From positions 14,756,001 through 14,820,000 of the forward strand of contig OZ176051.1 in NCBI GenBank assembly GCA_964247055.1: a stretch of DNA of 64,000 bases, given 5' to 3'. The stretch comes from Paragordius varius (lineage: Eukaryota; Animalia; Nematomorpha). Below are positions 1 through 14,200 of the stretch, one piece after another. The number at the start of each line of letters is the position of its first letter. The first letter of the stretch is position 1. The position numbers were made by a program, and so were the translations under genes. Under the pieces are notes generated by a model. The model was not told the origin of the DNA, did not search any database, and saw only the letters and a list, made by a program, of their open reading frames with translations.

Positions 1-199
1 AAAGACCTATCTTATTTATCAGATATTTTTGATTTCAAAATCAAGCGACGATTACCGGTTCAATGAAATCAAATAGTTTAACTTCTAATAATAGCAACAA
101 CAATAATTTTATTAATATATTTATTTTTCCACAGGCAAAAAACATTAATTTACATTTTCTATTCACTCACTAACTACTAGTTTTGAAATTATAATACCC

Positions 200-1271
200 T
201 AAAAATTATGTAAAAAATTTCACTATTCTTTTTGTCATGATGCCGGGTCCGTTTTCTCAGAATAGCTGGTAAATTATTACTATATAATATATATGATAAA
301 TTGATATGATTTACAATATATAAAATTTAATTTTATTTTCTATGTTGATAAAAATAGTCATTTGGCCACTTTTTACAAATTTTGTATCCCATATATTTTT
401 TTAATATTTGTTGGCAAAATACTAGGTAGTAAAATTACCTTTGTTGTCAAACTTGTGATATGATGATTGATACAATAAAAAGAATATTAATTGTTTTTAA
501 AAACCATTGATAATTTTGTATTATGAATTATATTAAAAGATCAAATATTTTATGATAGGATTTTAAGTATAGGTACTTCATCGTTAACGTCCAAATTCGC
601 CAAAAATGACCAATGCACCAATTTTTATCATTTCGCATGCATTTGCATTTTCTACGGTTGAAAGAACTGGATCAACATCAATAGAAAAGCGTACTAAACA
701 AGACATTTTTGGCAAGTTTTTATTTTTACTATTTTTAATTCATTTTAATTTTTTTACATATAAATATAATATCGAAATTATTTGGTAAAGAAAAATGAAA
801 ATGAACGCCGCCCTCATGAAAAGCTCATATATACCTTTTATCGATCAAGTTTAACTCGAAAATGGCAAATTACTGGATGACCTACAAATTATACCGATAT
901 TTTAAAAACTTTTGCCTTATACAATCATCAAATTAAACCAATCTTGACCCGATCTCCCAAAAATAATGCGAAAAAAAACATTAATTTTACCGACGTCGCT
1001 TTTTTACTTGATTCATGGTTAAATGATTACCACAAAAAGAATGGATTAAAATTGGCCGATGGCAGAAGGGAGGAAATTATTGGTCGTTTCTATGAAAGTG
1101 ATGACTACAGTATATAAATACCCCTTAATGCATATGTCTGAATCAAAATACTTTGCCAATTCTACCATTATGGGAAAATACCGGGCTTATCTTCACACCC
1201 TCCTTTATCCACTGGGTTATACCCAAACAGATGTCAATTGTATAATTAATTTGGAGCAAGAGCTTGGTCTG
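200..1271 (+). pseudogene. M13 (neprilysin/ECE-like) peptidase paralogue, copy 1, pseudogene
   Basis: A degenerate N-terminal Cys motif (LCKKFHYSFCHD, ~205-240) is followed by a large exon reading YLVKKNENERRPHEKLIYTFYRSSLTRKWQ...YPLMHMSESKYFANSTIMGKYRAYLHTLLYPLGYTQTDVNCIINLEQELGL, ending at a GT donor (1272). This exon is colinear with exon 3 of copies 2 and 3. It has an in-frame TGA at 878-880 and frameshifts. A possible later exon lies at ~3382-3535. Confidence 0.75.
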
Positions 1272-1581
1272 GTATGTATTTTAAAAAAAAATTTTCAGCT
1301 AAATAGGGGTGTATTCACTCAATTTTTATTTATAAATTTGACACCCTATGATTGCACGATAAAATGCGAGCTGGATTATTATAATACATATTCTTATACA
1401 ATAAAGACTTGATGAGAAAACATGTTATATTTATATATTTATCAGCATATTATCCAGCACATGTATAACTCAACAAACATTCTATATTAAATATGTTTGA
1501 GCAATAGAATGGCAAATTTGTTGTTTAAGTAAGGGAATGTTCAATTTTATACAATTTTAATCTTTTGTTTAGTAGCGTAAC

Positions 1582-1720
1582 CAGTGGCGAAACTACGGGG
1601 AGCTAGGGGAAGCAGTGCGGGGGGGGGGGGGGGGGGCAAGGCAAAACATGGGCGCTTTTTATTTAAAATTAATTTGGGCCCCTTTTCTATTTTGAGGGGG
1701 GGGGGGGAATTTATTATTTT
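1582..1720 (+). mobile_element. Left end of a hAT-type non-autonomous element (CAGTGGCGAAACTAC..., poly-G tract)
   Basis: The terminus resembles the CAG(T/A)GGCGTAGC ends at 25245 and 28439. The right end was not located. Confidence 0.5.
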
Positions 1721-2879
1721 TTTTATTTACAGATATATAAGTAATTATTGCCTGATTGTAGTTTTATGGCAAAGAATAAAAAGAATTATTATTGATTGAA
1801 AGGAAGAAAAAGCGAAAAAATGCATTTTTTCAACTATCTGAATAAGCGGTTTTATTATAATTTGATAATTAATAAACACCTTTAAATCTCTTAAAAATTA
1901 ATAAATGAGTATAGATAGTTGCACAAATTAAGTGCTTATAAATTTTCAAGTCCTAAATTATTTTGATTATAAAAATTATAGTATTATAGTTTTATGAGAA
2001 TTCCCAAATTTTTAAAGACTTAATTTTTTGCCTCTCTTAAATTAAAATAATGACAAATAAAATCTCATTTGCAATCAAATATTTATATAGCCTAAAGATA
2101 TATTTCTTTTTTAATGTAGTATGAGAGACAATTTCCATATTTAATTTTTATAAAATGGGTTCATGTAAATTTTAATATTATTGAAAAGGAAGAGCAAAAA
2201 ATGCCTTTAAAAAAATGAGGGAAAAAAGAAAAACATTCATCATAACAATAATCCCTAGCAACTAATCCCAATTTATTTTTTTTGATTATACAATATGAAA
2301 TTTAATGCAGGCCAACTCACATTAATGTTGGCCAATTCATATTATAGCAAAATACGAGAAATAACAATAATTTTGAAAAATGTTTTTCATTGCATACATC
2401 GTGAATGAAATTCGTTAAATTTTCAGAATGATTGTTTTTTCACATACTCTACTGTACATGAATTGGCACATTTGTTAGCTATAATATTCATTGTTTTTTT
2501 AATATTTTTAACCTTTGATGCATGTTATTTTCAAATTTATTTTTAGTTCTAAAACTTAATAGTTCGTTAAACTTTCACCAAACGTTAAAACAGGGGTCGC
2601 ATTTTTTTCAGCGGGCCATTTTAAAATTAAAAAATCTTGGCTGTCCGCGCATTCATATTCCATTTAATTAGTATTTTTATACATATTTATCAGTTACGCT
2701 TCCATAAAGTTAACTAAAATGAGTGAAATACAAATTATCAATTCAGCTAAAACTTAATAATTAATTATCCAAACAATTTGAGTGAATATTTTGTGATTCA
2801 AATAGTGTCAGTTTCTAATTCGCTGGATGAGATCGCTTAAATTAATGCCAGGAAATTTTCAGAGCTATTAATTATTAAA

Positions 2880-3020
2880 TACCCAACAGTTGCAGCCAGT
2901 TGTGATGACGTTATAACAACATTCTTATTGTTTTTGACTTTACCAGTTACGGTTGCTACAGCGGAACGTTCTTCATTCTCAAAGTTAAAATTATCTAGAA
3001 TTATATTAGAAGCACGATGG
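2880..3020 (+). mobile_element. hAT transposase C-terminal dimerisation domain fragment (ZMYM1-like)
   Basis: Translates to FLLFLTLPVTVATAERS.FSKLKL.(K)NYIRSTM, matching the hAT dimerisation motif LPVT.A.AERSFS.LK..K..LR.TM. Frameshifted. Confidence 0.8.
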
Positions 3021-3612
3021 ATAGTTCAGGAATGGAAAAAGATTCATAAATGCTGCCAACTTACGTATAATACTTATCATACATATTAGTCTGTCCCCTT
3101 ACATGATTTTATCACGCGGTCCATGCAAAATAACTAACTACTAAGTTAAAACGGTATATATTTTCCGATAATACTACCAAATACTGATAATTCTTCGTAC
3201 TGTTAAAAAATCAATTACTAGTTTTATTTTTAGAATATTACGCGGAAAATTTAATAATCAGTTTTATTTTTTCTAGTTCTTATAATAATGTTTTTCTTTG
3301 CAACCCAAATGGGATTAACAAATATATATTATGCATGTCATTATTGATACATGTATGATTAATGCAAATGTTTGCCTACAGGCATACCCATTTTCACTAA
3401 ATCAATTAATATCGTTACATCATTCACTTTATACTGCCTTCATCATACGTAGAAATTCACAACGGAAGAAATCGGAATGGATGATAGTTAAAAGAAAATT
3501 GGAAAGATAGAGGGTCCTGGTTCTCAGAATATTTGGTAACTTTCACTATATAAACTCTTTAATAAATTTGGAAAATAAGTAATATCTAATAACTTTTCTA
3601 ATGCTAAATTTA

Positions 3613-6255
3613 ATGACCATTTCCATCTATAATATAATTTCATGTATGTTATGTTTTTTCGTATTGTTAGACAACGTACCAGGTATTTTTTTAAACTTTA
3701 TCAATTTTAAGTGTTAATTTAAATATCATACAAATTGTGTAATTCTTCTATATAAAATTAATTTTGATTATAGAAGAAAAAATATTTTTTACAGGAATCT
3801 CATCTTTGCCCTCCAAATTGGACAATAAAAATGACCCTTGCAAAAATGTATATGAGTTTGCTTGCAAAGATATTTTTACAACTTTACTGCCATTGAAAGG
3901 AGTGGAGACCGATTCAGCAAAACAACTAACAGTATTAAAAGACAAGTTTTTGATAATTATTTATTAAGTAATTTATTTTATTATACAGTATGAATAAGTA
4001 TACGTTGCAATTTTTTCCCATATTGCCAGAGTAAACAGTAAAGAGAATAATTATTGTCTAATAATAGTTAAAGTGAACTATAGGCCAATTATGCCCTTTT
4101 CTGAATTTGATTTTGCTCGCAATGTATAATGAAAATCTCACGCTACTTGTATTATCTGTATAAATATAAACAGATTGTTACTTATAACTTTATTCAAATG
4201 TTTGTTTTTATTGTTTTGTTTTTTAAGATTACTTGCTGAGTAAAAGGAATGACCACAACAATCTCTTAGAAAAGTTAATGTACACCTTTTATCGATCATG
4301 TCGTACTCAAAAATGGCAAAAAAGACGACCGATTAATTACACGAAAATTTTTGAAACCTTTGCTTTATATAGTGAAGTTAGGCCAATTTTTATACGGGCC
4401 AACATTAATAAGAATGAGGAATTGAAAACAAGCGTAGCATCTTTTCTAGATTTATGGCTAAATGAGCAACACGAAAGAAAATGTAATTAGTAATAGACAC
4501 AAAAAAATTTATTATTGAAAAGTTGATTGGCCAATTCGTAGATATGGAGGGCATTCACTTTGTGTACGCTACACTCATATGTCTGAACCCAAATTTTTTT
4601 GAAAATCTTGTCGTTATAAAAAATTACAAAGCCTATGTAAATGCAATCTTATCACCCTGGGGTTTCGCCCCAGTCGACGTATATCCTATAGGATTTGGAA
4701 CAAGAACTTGCTAAGGTAACAGTATCTCTTCTACAAAATATGTAAACAATATTATTTATTTAATTATTTTATTTTTTGGAACACTTGTAAAAGTTAGATA
4801 TCCGAGTTGATAATTTTTAAGTTGGCTGTCATACTCACTCATATTAAGATATGTTAAACTTAATAAAAATATAATTTCCATTATATTTTTATAAATTATA
4901 CATGCAGATAAGAAACGCAATCGTATATGCCAAATCAAAAGATTACCAAAATGTAAATGACTTATTGAACAATTTTCCAATGGTATTTATCAATTTATCG
5001 TAAATATTTATATATTACCTAATATTATGTTTGTATTTAATTTATATTTGTATTTAGTTTAGGTTGCCTCTGAAAGATATTGACTTGGGAAAATCGCCGA
5101 TCAAACAAACCCCGATCGCATATCTTTCAAAAGTAGACCATCTGTTATATTACAGATCTGGAATAATGTTTTTATATTTGTTTTTGCTATACCTACAATT
5201 AAGTTTTTATTTCTAATATTTTAATTATACCTATAATCAGAATTACTTACTAAAAACTAAAAATGGGTAGACATATTTTAATTTCAAAATTATTTACAAT
5301 TTTAAACGTTGATGATAACAAATTAAAAGTAATGTTTTATATACAGTAAAATAATATAGAAATGCTAGAATAATATCTTACTATAAGGCGACATTTTTTT
5401 GTTTTTTGAATATATCATATTGTTTTGGGTAAATAAGTAAAAATTTGGCAACACACCCAATTATATATTTTACAATTATAATAGGTAATAATAATTTTAA
5501 TTTTTACTGTATTTGACACTAGAACGTTGTACATCTACCTCATATATAATCATTTGCTCTCAAATTAACATTATATTCACACAAATACATTCATGGATTA
5601 TCAAGACTTGGTTTGCCCATACATTAATGGCTGTTTTGAAAGGAGTGAGGAGCCTAATTACTGTTATTCAAATACGCAATCGCGTTTTCCCTAAGTCTAC
5701 AATGATGATGCTTATAAAATTTTAGCCAGGTCTACTGATGAGTTACGAGAGGTAACCAATTGATGTAGTCTATATAATTTTAGGTAAATATTACATATTC
5801 AAAATAAATTAGAGTTGATTTGACCGGTGTATTGGTGTAACTTTTTAGTTATTTATGGGCCTACCGGATAAGTATTATGTAGATGTTTTAACTACCTAAA
5901 AAACAAATGCACTTTTAAATGTCAAAAATCAATATATTAAATTTTTTTCCATTGATTTTAACATTTATACCATAATCATTATATAAATTTATACATGTGA
6001 TAAACATAGGTTTAAAACTTTGGCTGTGTTTTTATTTTAAAAACAATCACGGTCAGTTTGTTTATAACACATAATCCTATTCCGTTTTGTATTGTAGCCT
6101 TTTTAAATGTTCTACGCATGAAATATATTATATAGCTTTTTTATTTATTATCAAATAGATTGATAATATATTTGATCTAATACGAAAGGAAGCCATCTAC
6201 ACTATTAAAAAAGTGACAATTTGCCACAAACTATCATACTTGAGTAGTGGAAAAG
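3613..6255 (+). pseudogene. M13 (neprilysin/ECE-like) peptidase paralogue, copy 2, pseudogene
   Basis: Exons at 3613-3682 (MTISIYNIISCMLCFFVLLDNVP, hydrophobic), from 3795 (LDNKNDPCKNVYEFACKD, the M13 'DPC.DFY.FAC' motif), 4228-4715 (EKLMYTFYRSC), ~5063-5170, 5523-5751 (RTLYIYLIYNHLL) and 6159-6255. It carries in-frame stops (4488-4490 and two in the 5523 exon), frameshifts, and an exon-2 donor apparently mutated GT>AT. No catalytic-half exons were found. Confidence 0.8.
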
Positions 6256-8255
6256 GTAGCCTAATTTATTGTATTGTTTTAATATATTTTTTTGCAATAA
6301 TCACAATTAAAAATTAACACTATAATCATTTTCATGTGTCCTTCGATACAAATGGGGCTTGTTTAGTTTTAATATTTTACAAAGTGTGTAATATATTGAA
6401 TCGATTGTAAAAATTTCTAAATATATTACATTAATTTATGTATCAAAATTTAAAAATTAACCAAAATTCTATTTTTAGCTATATACTAACAAATTTTGTG
6501 ACAAATTGATATTCGTATGAATTGTACGTCGTTGGTTGATATCACTAATTTCAAATCCTATTTTGCATAAATTATATACTTAATAATTCCTACTCATGTG
6601 AAAATCCAAAATAAAACAGTATTTTTTTATACACTCATAAACTAATGACAAAAAAATACAAAAATGAAAAACAATATTTTTGGATTTATTTTGATATATA
6701 AGTATTTTTTACTGAGTAAATCTGAATGTTAAGATTTTGTTTAGGTAGTATAATAATTAAAAAAATTAATATAATATAGTTTCAATAAATTTCTTTTGTC
6801 TTTTAAGTGTGATAAAAGAAAAACGCCATTTTTTGAGCTAAAATTTTATAGAAACCCTAACTATATGATTTTAGGCTATTTATATATAAAAAATATATCC
6901 TAAAATAATAATAAACCATATATCTCAAATTATATCATTATTTTTTGAATCCTTAATTATCCTTAATTTTCAATTTTTGCTCGATTTCGATATTCTCTCA
7001 ATATTTCAACTACGTTGTCAACAAATAATAATTTTTGCGGCAAATGAATTCACTGGTCATAAGCTACCTCATTAAAAAAAAAATTTCGTTTAATTTAAAT
7101 GACCCTCTTTTTTTGTACACAGTGTATATATACTCTTCATAATTTTTCAACAAATATATATTAAATTTAATAGGCTATAAAACAAATTTTCAATTTTTCA
7201 TTTTATATCTTTAATTTTGACTATAAAAATTCAGGATCCGAAATAAGGAATCGGTTGGAAACGAAAATCAGATGATTTTTAATTGAGAAAAGATTTAAGT
7301 TAACCTAGCTTCCTAAATTATTACCATTTTGATAAGCTTTTTTCTTTTTTGAAATATTTGCTTGTCCTATGTTAATTTTTTTTTCATATTGCAACCATAG
7401 TATTTGATATATTTTTAAAAAATAAGATTTTGATTAATAAACGAGAAAAAATAAGCCGCTATTGTCTTCTTGAAACTGAAAATATATCGATTGACCAACT
7501 TGATAAAACACATTATTCGTTAGAATCATTGAAGTCTAAACATTTTATAGGTTGATTTGAAATTTCAATTTTCAAATTTTAAATTGATAATGACTACCGG
7601 GATCCTGGATTTATGTACGCTTACAATATGTTTATATGTATCAAAAATCTTTTTCACATATAATTATAGCATGATATTGTTAAAACTGTAGATATACAGT
7701 TCTCATAAAAATATATTTGGCTTTTTGTCAAACACACTTTTTATTTTTTTAATTTTCTATGATTGAAAGAGGAGCGTGCTATTAAAAACCAAAATTTGAT
7801 ATATCTAGTATAAAATAAACATAAGATATAGGTTGTTTTTATGAATATTTATCATATGGGTTCGAATCCAATCTAAAAAACCAAAATTTTATTGTCATCA
7901 GAGTTTTATATTTATGACACCATTTTTGTAATCATAAATAACTCGTTTTCCTTACCCTTATGACATCTTTCTACATAATAAAAATTATATCATTTAAGAA
8001 AAAGTATAAAATTTTTTTTGGAAATGTATTTGCCTAAAGGCAAAATTGTTTTAGTTAAATAAACTATATTTTTTTACATTAGCTAATCGTAAAAGGTCTA
8101 ACTGATATCGAAGGAACGAAAATTTAACTACATATAATTATTTCTTAAAAAATCGGACCTTTTCTTAGAATACCTCAGGTATTTTACTATAAAAAAGTGA
8201 TCCAATTTTGAAAAAGTAATTTAATATTTCTTTTTATCATTAAATATTAAAATAA

Positions 8256-11200
8256 ATGACCGATTCGATCTTAAATAGATTTATACGTTATAATTTTATT
8301 TTGTCCATTATATACTATTTGGCATTTGTTGAAAAAATACCAGGTAATTTTTTAAAGGTTTTTATATTATATCACACCAATCTAATTTGCAATTTTTTTA
8401 CATTTTTCAGGTCTTTTGTCGTTACCATCACAATTGGGAACAATCGCCAACCCATGTGTGAATTTTCATGATTATAGTTGCAAAGATTTCGATTACAACT
8501 TTTCTCCTGGTGAAAAAAGCGGAGATCAATTTACTAAAATAGCTAAGATTATGAACAAGGATGTTTTTGGTAATATATTTATACGAATAGGGATAAAAAT
8601 CTCTTATCTTAGTTATATTTAAATGCATATCTTATCTTTCATTATGTATTTATTTGATATTACCACAAATGATAGATTATTTGGTTAACAAACATGAAAA
8701 TGACCGGAATCCCTTTGAAAAATTGATGCATACTTTTTATCGATCATGTCAAACTCGAAAATGGCAAACTAGGCGACCTATAAATTATGAAGATATTTTT
8801 AAATCATTTAAGTTATACCCGGAAACTAAACTTGTTTTCACCCGTTCCTCCAAAAATAATACAAATTCCTTCAATCTGGCTCTTAATCTTGATATGTGGC
8901 TTAATGGACAAAAAGAAAGACATAATAATAATAATAATAATAAAAATCGGATTTTAAATACCAATGTAAAGCGGCTTATTGTTCAAAAACTTATAGGCCG
9001 ACTTGAAATATCGTTTGGGACAATATCTCTAAAATACCCAAAACTTCATATGTCTGATCCCAAATTTTTTGCCGATTCTACCATTATGAAGAATTACAAA
9101 ACATATCTCACCAGTCTTCTATCACCATTGGGCTTCACCTCAATCGACGCAAAATTAATAATAGATTTGGAACGGGAACATGCTATGGTATCCATTTTTA
9201 AAAGTGTAAACGAATAATAATATTACGCAATAAATGAGATGGATAAGTTTAAATTGTTAAAATATCCCTAAGAATTTCTCCCCCTTTCGCTAATAAGTTC
9301 AATATTTTTTTCTTTCAACTTTCCAGGGTCACCTTAAACTAAGCTGTTATTAACTATATAATTTAATTAGGGGGTGTTAAGCTCAAATATCTTCGCGGCT
9401 GCTTTGATAATTTTTGGGTTTAATTTTTTTGCAAATTTTAGATGCTGCTATATCTTCTAAATAATCGTAAATTTTTGATTGTATTTTTTTAAATATTTTT
9501 TAGATCCCTTTTCTATACCAAAAAAAGCGGATCGTACCTCCCTGAATTAAATTATTTATATTTAGGTAATTTTTTATATCTCCATAATAACCATACATAA
9601 TATATGGTCAAAAAGTTATTATAAAATGCACATTACTTATTGATTAATAGATAAAAAAAATTTAAAAAGTGTTATAAAAAATAATTGCACAATCGAGTGT
9701 AAATTGACTTGGTCATCAAGGGCTTCGTCGGATATTACTTTAATTTGAATTTTTGGATCAAAATGCTAAAATCTAAATATGCAGAAATAATGTATGTTTT
9801 TGTTCAATTTTAAATATCATTCTAATAATCGTTTTTATCTTTTAGATAAGAAAAGCCACCGTTTATGATGAATCGAAAAATTACAAAAAAGCTCTCAGTT
9901 TTATCCGAGATTTTCCTCTGGTTTGATAATATTATAATAAAAAGGGGATAATTAATATCAACCATGAATTTGTATTATATTGTTTCCTATAACTTTCCTA
10001 TTTTATATTTTGTTTAGTTTCAGTCATACTTGGATGAGATAAACCGTTTAAATATTTCATCTATTGAAGTTCCCATCAGATATCTAACCAAGGTGCATCA
10101 TTTGCTTCAGAATAAATATTTAAGTAGCTGGTCTGGAATAAGGTTTAGTCTTATGCTATTTTTCGATTGTAACATATATTTTAAATATAGTATTTGTTAA
10201 ATTTAAAAAAGTCTAAAGTATATCCAACATGTAATCTGATGTTTTTTTAACAATATTTTAATATATGAGGATATTATTAATATTAACAATCATCAACAGA
10301 GTCTAAAACCATCTACTAATATTTAAATATAGGGTTTTTCTCAGCGGTCATAAATGCACTTTCCCTGATCGTGCTCCACGCTTATCAAAATAACTTGTTA
10401 CATTTCAGAATATAATATTTATCACGTATGTAAAAAAAGTAGTGGTATAAAATTTAAAATAATAAGTCAAATTTTGAATTAATAACACTAGACAACAAAT
10501 TTTAACTTTTTTTAACCGCCATTCTTTTAAATTTAAAATTTATTTCATTAAAGTACATAATTAGTATATCTGAAAAAAAAATTGGTCTAGCATACATGAA
10601 TTTTTTTATATTAGAGTTTATCAAAGGTGTTTAGCCCCGATTTAACATTAAACTCGAAATTTCGAAAATTAAAAGTTTTAGATATGAAGCTATTTATTTT
10701 ATATCATTCGAAAGAGCGCAAAAAACTGCATCTTTTAAATGGTAGTAAGTCATTAAATCAATCGGATGTAAAAGTTATTTGGATTTAAATGGTCGAAATT
10801 TTCAATCCTTAAATAAGTCAAGAATTTTCACAGACAATATAATTTGAAAAACATATAAATTATTTTAATATAATTATTAGGGTTATAATAGTATTTAATT
10901 TAAAAAAAATGTTTGAAAAAGCTTTTGGTAAAAATAATTATTATCATAAATATTTTACCTAGTGGATACTAAAATGCATAGTTATAACTGTAAATTTATT
11001 ACATAATAAAAGATCAAAAATACCTTAAACTTTGTTTTTATCTTTAAAATTTCGAAATTATCAGCCTCGTAAAGAAAATAAATTAATATTGATGAGATGG
11101 TAATTTTTAGGAAACAAAAAACTTAAAAATGGCTGTTTTAAGTGACAAAGCTATAAAAAAATGTTTTAATCAAGAACTTTCTTGTGTTTTCTTTTTAGGA

Positions 11201-14200
11201 CATTCATCACCATCTTAACAAAGTTTAAGCTAATTTCATCCATTAGTTTTAAAAATATAATAATTAAAAAAAATGCTCTCGCTTCGCGCGTTTGTCGCTC
11301 TTTGTGTCCAATATTAACTGTCGATGTAATACATATTAGTATGCATTATATAGAGTTTTTATTACTCTTTCGAATGATATATTACAAATGGGCATTACTT
11401 ATATATTTAAAGAAAAACATTTTTTAGTAAAATTTTGATAAAGAGAAAACAAATTATACAAAATTCTTCCAACGAGTTATAATTTTTATTTCAGATTTAC
11501 TGTTAAATGATACTAAATATTAGAAAATGCAAAAAACTCGAGTGGCAGAAAAATTTGTTGTCCAGTGTAATTATTCATAAATTTTCTAAAGAGTCTTACA
11601 TTAATAATATGAAATCGCTCTATCTTATTGCATATGTTTATGTGAGATTTCTTTAGTCATATATTGCTCATTATAGTATGTATTAACTCCATAATCATAA
11701 GCAGTTAGACCGGCATATTTGCATAGTGATTAATTGTTATTAGAACTATGTACCTCTACCTTATTTACAATCATTTGATACTTAATACACGCTATGTCCA
11801 AACAAAAAACTCTCAATACTATCAAGATTTGATTTGCCCATACATTAGCGCATGTACTGAAATTAGCGAACATCCACATTATTGTAATTATATAACAGAA
11901 AACCATTTTCCAGATATCTTTATAAATATAGCCTATCAAGTCCTTTATTCAAAGAATCAACTAGTTCAAGTAATACACACATTTTTTACTATTTTTTTGA
12001 CCAGCGATTTTTAAACCGCGGCCTACGGGACACGTGCGGGGCCCTGAACTATTTTTTTAATTTTTGATGTACCTATTTGGAAAAATATAAGCAAATGCGT
12101 AAAACAGCTATGAAAATTTTATCGGTATCATGGCCTTTGAGACAATAAAAATATTTTTTTGGCCCTTTAAAATTTTTTACGGAGCAACCCTGATTTAAAC
12201 TATCATATCTGTTAATTACATATATTATAGTTTACCTTTGAGAATTATCGCACAGTATTTAACTAATATATTTTAATTGCACTTAGGTTAATCAATTATT
12301 TAACGCTTTAAGAAGGGAGGTCATTCACACGATAAATGAAAGTATCCATTTGCCTCCGTCCATTCAAGGAAAAATATTAAACAAGGTTTACACCTATTTT
12401 TCGATTGCGATATTAATTGATTTATTTTAATCTAAGCTCTCATGGTTGTTAATACAACCCTAACTTTAATAGCCAAATTTTAAACAAACATATTCTTATA
12501 AAGTCCACATAAAAAATAACAAATTTTAAAAACATTAAATATCCTATAATGATTGTAGTTTAGTACTCACAAAACATCATTTAAACAGTTATTCATAGCT
12601 TTAAACTGGAACTGAAATGTGAATCTTCTTGAAACCGTTTTAAAACCAAAAAATTCAATATCGCTTATGAAATGTTTTTAAAAGGAACGTTGTTTCAAAG
12701 ATTCCAAAAACTTTTCATATATTTTAATGATCTATAGTTTAGATATATTTTAAACTTATATATGGATATGATTTTTATTTACAATAATTTGAAGAAAGGT
12801 AGCCTGTGATAAATTTTTGTAGCTCATTTTAAAAATTTGAATTGGTCACATAAACTAATTAAACATAGCAATTCGGTAGATACCTTTATTAGCCTTTATT
12901 TTAATAAAACGATTCCGATTTTGGCAAAGTTCATCAATGTCGTAGTAATCCCAAAATAAAAACATCACTCCTAATTTGTAAAATGATCCGTTTGTACACT
13001 TGGCAAAACTGTATAGCGTCATATTAGAGAAATGAATGCAAAAAACAAAAAATACCAAATATTTTAAATAGCTTTTTAAACATTAAGTACCCCTAATTGT
13101 CATATTTATGATAATAATATTAATAAAAATGATAAAAACTGAATAGCTTCAGTGATAATGTTTAAGATAAATGTCTTTAAAGTTTTGATGGATTTTGAAA
13201 AGAGAATTATTTAAAAAGCTATAAATATTATTTAATGAGGGATATATTAAAACCTTATAATTTTATAAATGATATACTATACTTATGGAAATCAATTAAT
13301 ATTTTTCGCTCTTTACCAACAGGTAAGATATAAAATCGTTTGAATAATTTACTTTGATTGATTCAATAGTAAAGCAAAACCAATTTTAAAGCTTTTAATA
13401 TTTCCACCGCTCCTTTGTATATCCCGAAGGTATAGGTCAGTAAAAAATCTTTAGCGTTTACTCTATTATTAGTTATAATAACAGAGTACCCCAATTTACA
13501 TTTTACGTTTCTAAATTTTTTCTAAATGAATTACTCATTTTTCGGATTTTGAAAACAGCGTATTCATAAATTAGGGTTTTTCAAACATAATAGATTTATA
13601 GAAAATATTTTTATTTCAAATATATATATCAAACAATAGTCATGGTTATGGCATTATAATAATATTTTTTATAATGTGCCATCAAAATGTATCTCCGACG
13701 GAAAAATAGCATCTTTTTATTGCTTTTTTTACAGGATAAAGAATAATAAAAATTTCTAACCTTAAATGTTATACAGCTCAATTCTATAAAACTTGAAACG
13801 TTTCCAAAATTCTCGGTACATAATCAAAAGGCCAAAAGCATCAAATACGAAAAGGTTAAATATTTTTTAAATATATCATATACGTTTTCCTTGACATTTT
13901 TTATTGTAACATTTGATGAGAGTTAAAAATATATACTGTTTGTTTGAAGTATTCATGCTTCCTAAATAATCACAAAATCAGTACTTATACTAATGTTTGA
14001 ACATCGCCATAGCCATTTTTTATCATTCTATAAGTCCCAAATTAACAAGTGATTTGCTAGCAAACGGCAAAAGAATTACATTATATTAAGTTATTAATAA
14101 CTAACTCAATATATGGTCTAATATATATAAATAGGTGAATTTAATTAATTACAGCCAATTATTTTTTATTAAATATGAGATTTATGCCCAAAAACTCTCG

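Noticed and set aside
1584-1799. Gly-rich ORF
   Set aside because: Produced by poly-G tracts of a hAT MITE end.
5735-5760. Hammerhead-like CTGATGA-GTTAC...GTAAC stem
   Set aside because: The required GAAA is absent (CAAT) and the sequence is the end of a peptidase exon plus its splice donor.
7858-7870. tRNA B-box-like GGTTCGAATCC
   Set aside because: No A-box or cloverleaf in the flanking AT-rich sequence.
12855-13058. Minus-strand 67-aa ORF within peptidase copy 3
   Set aside because: No recognisable motif or splice support; consistent with a chance ORF in an intron.
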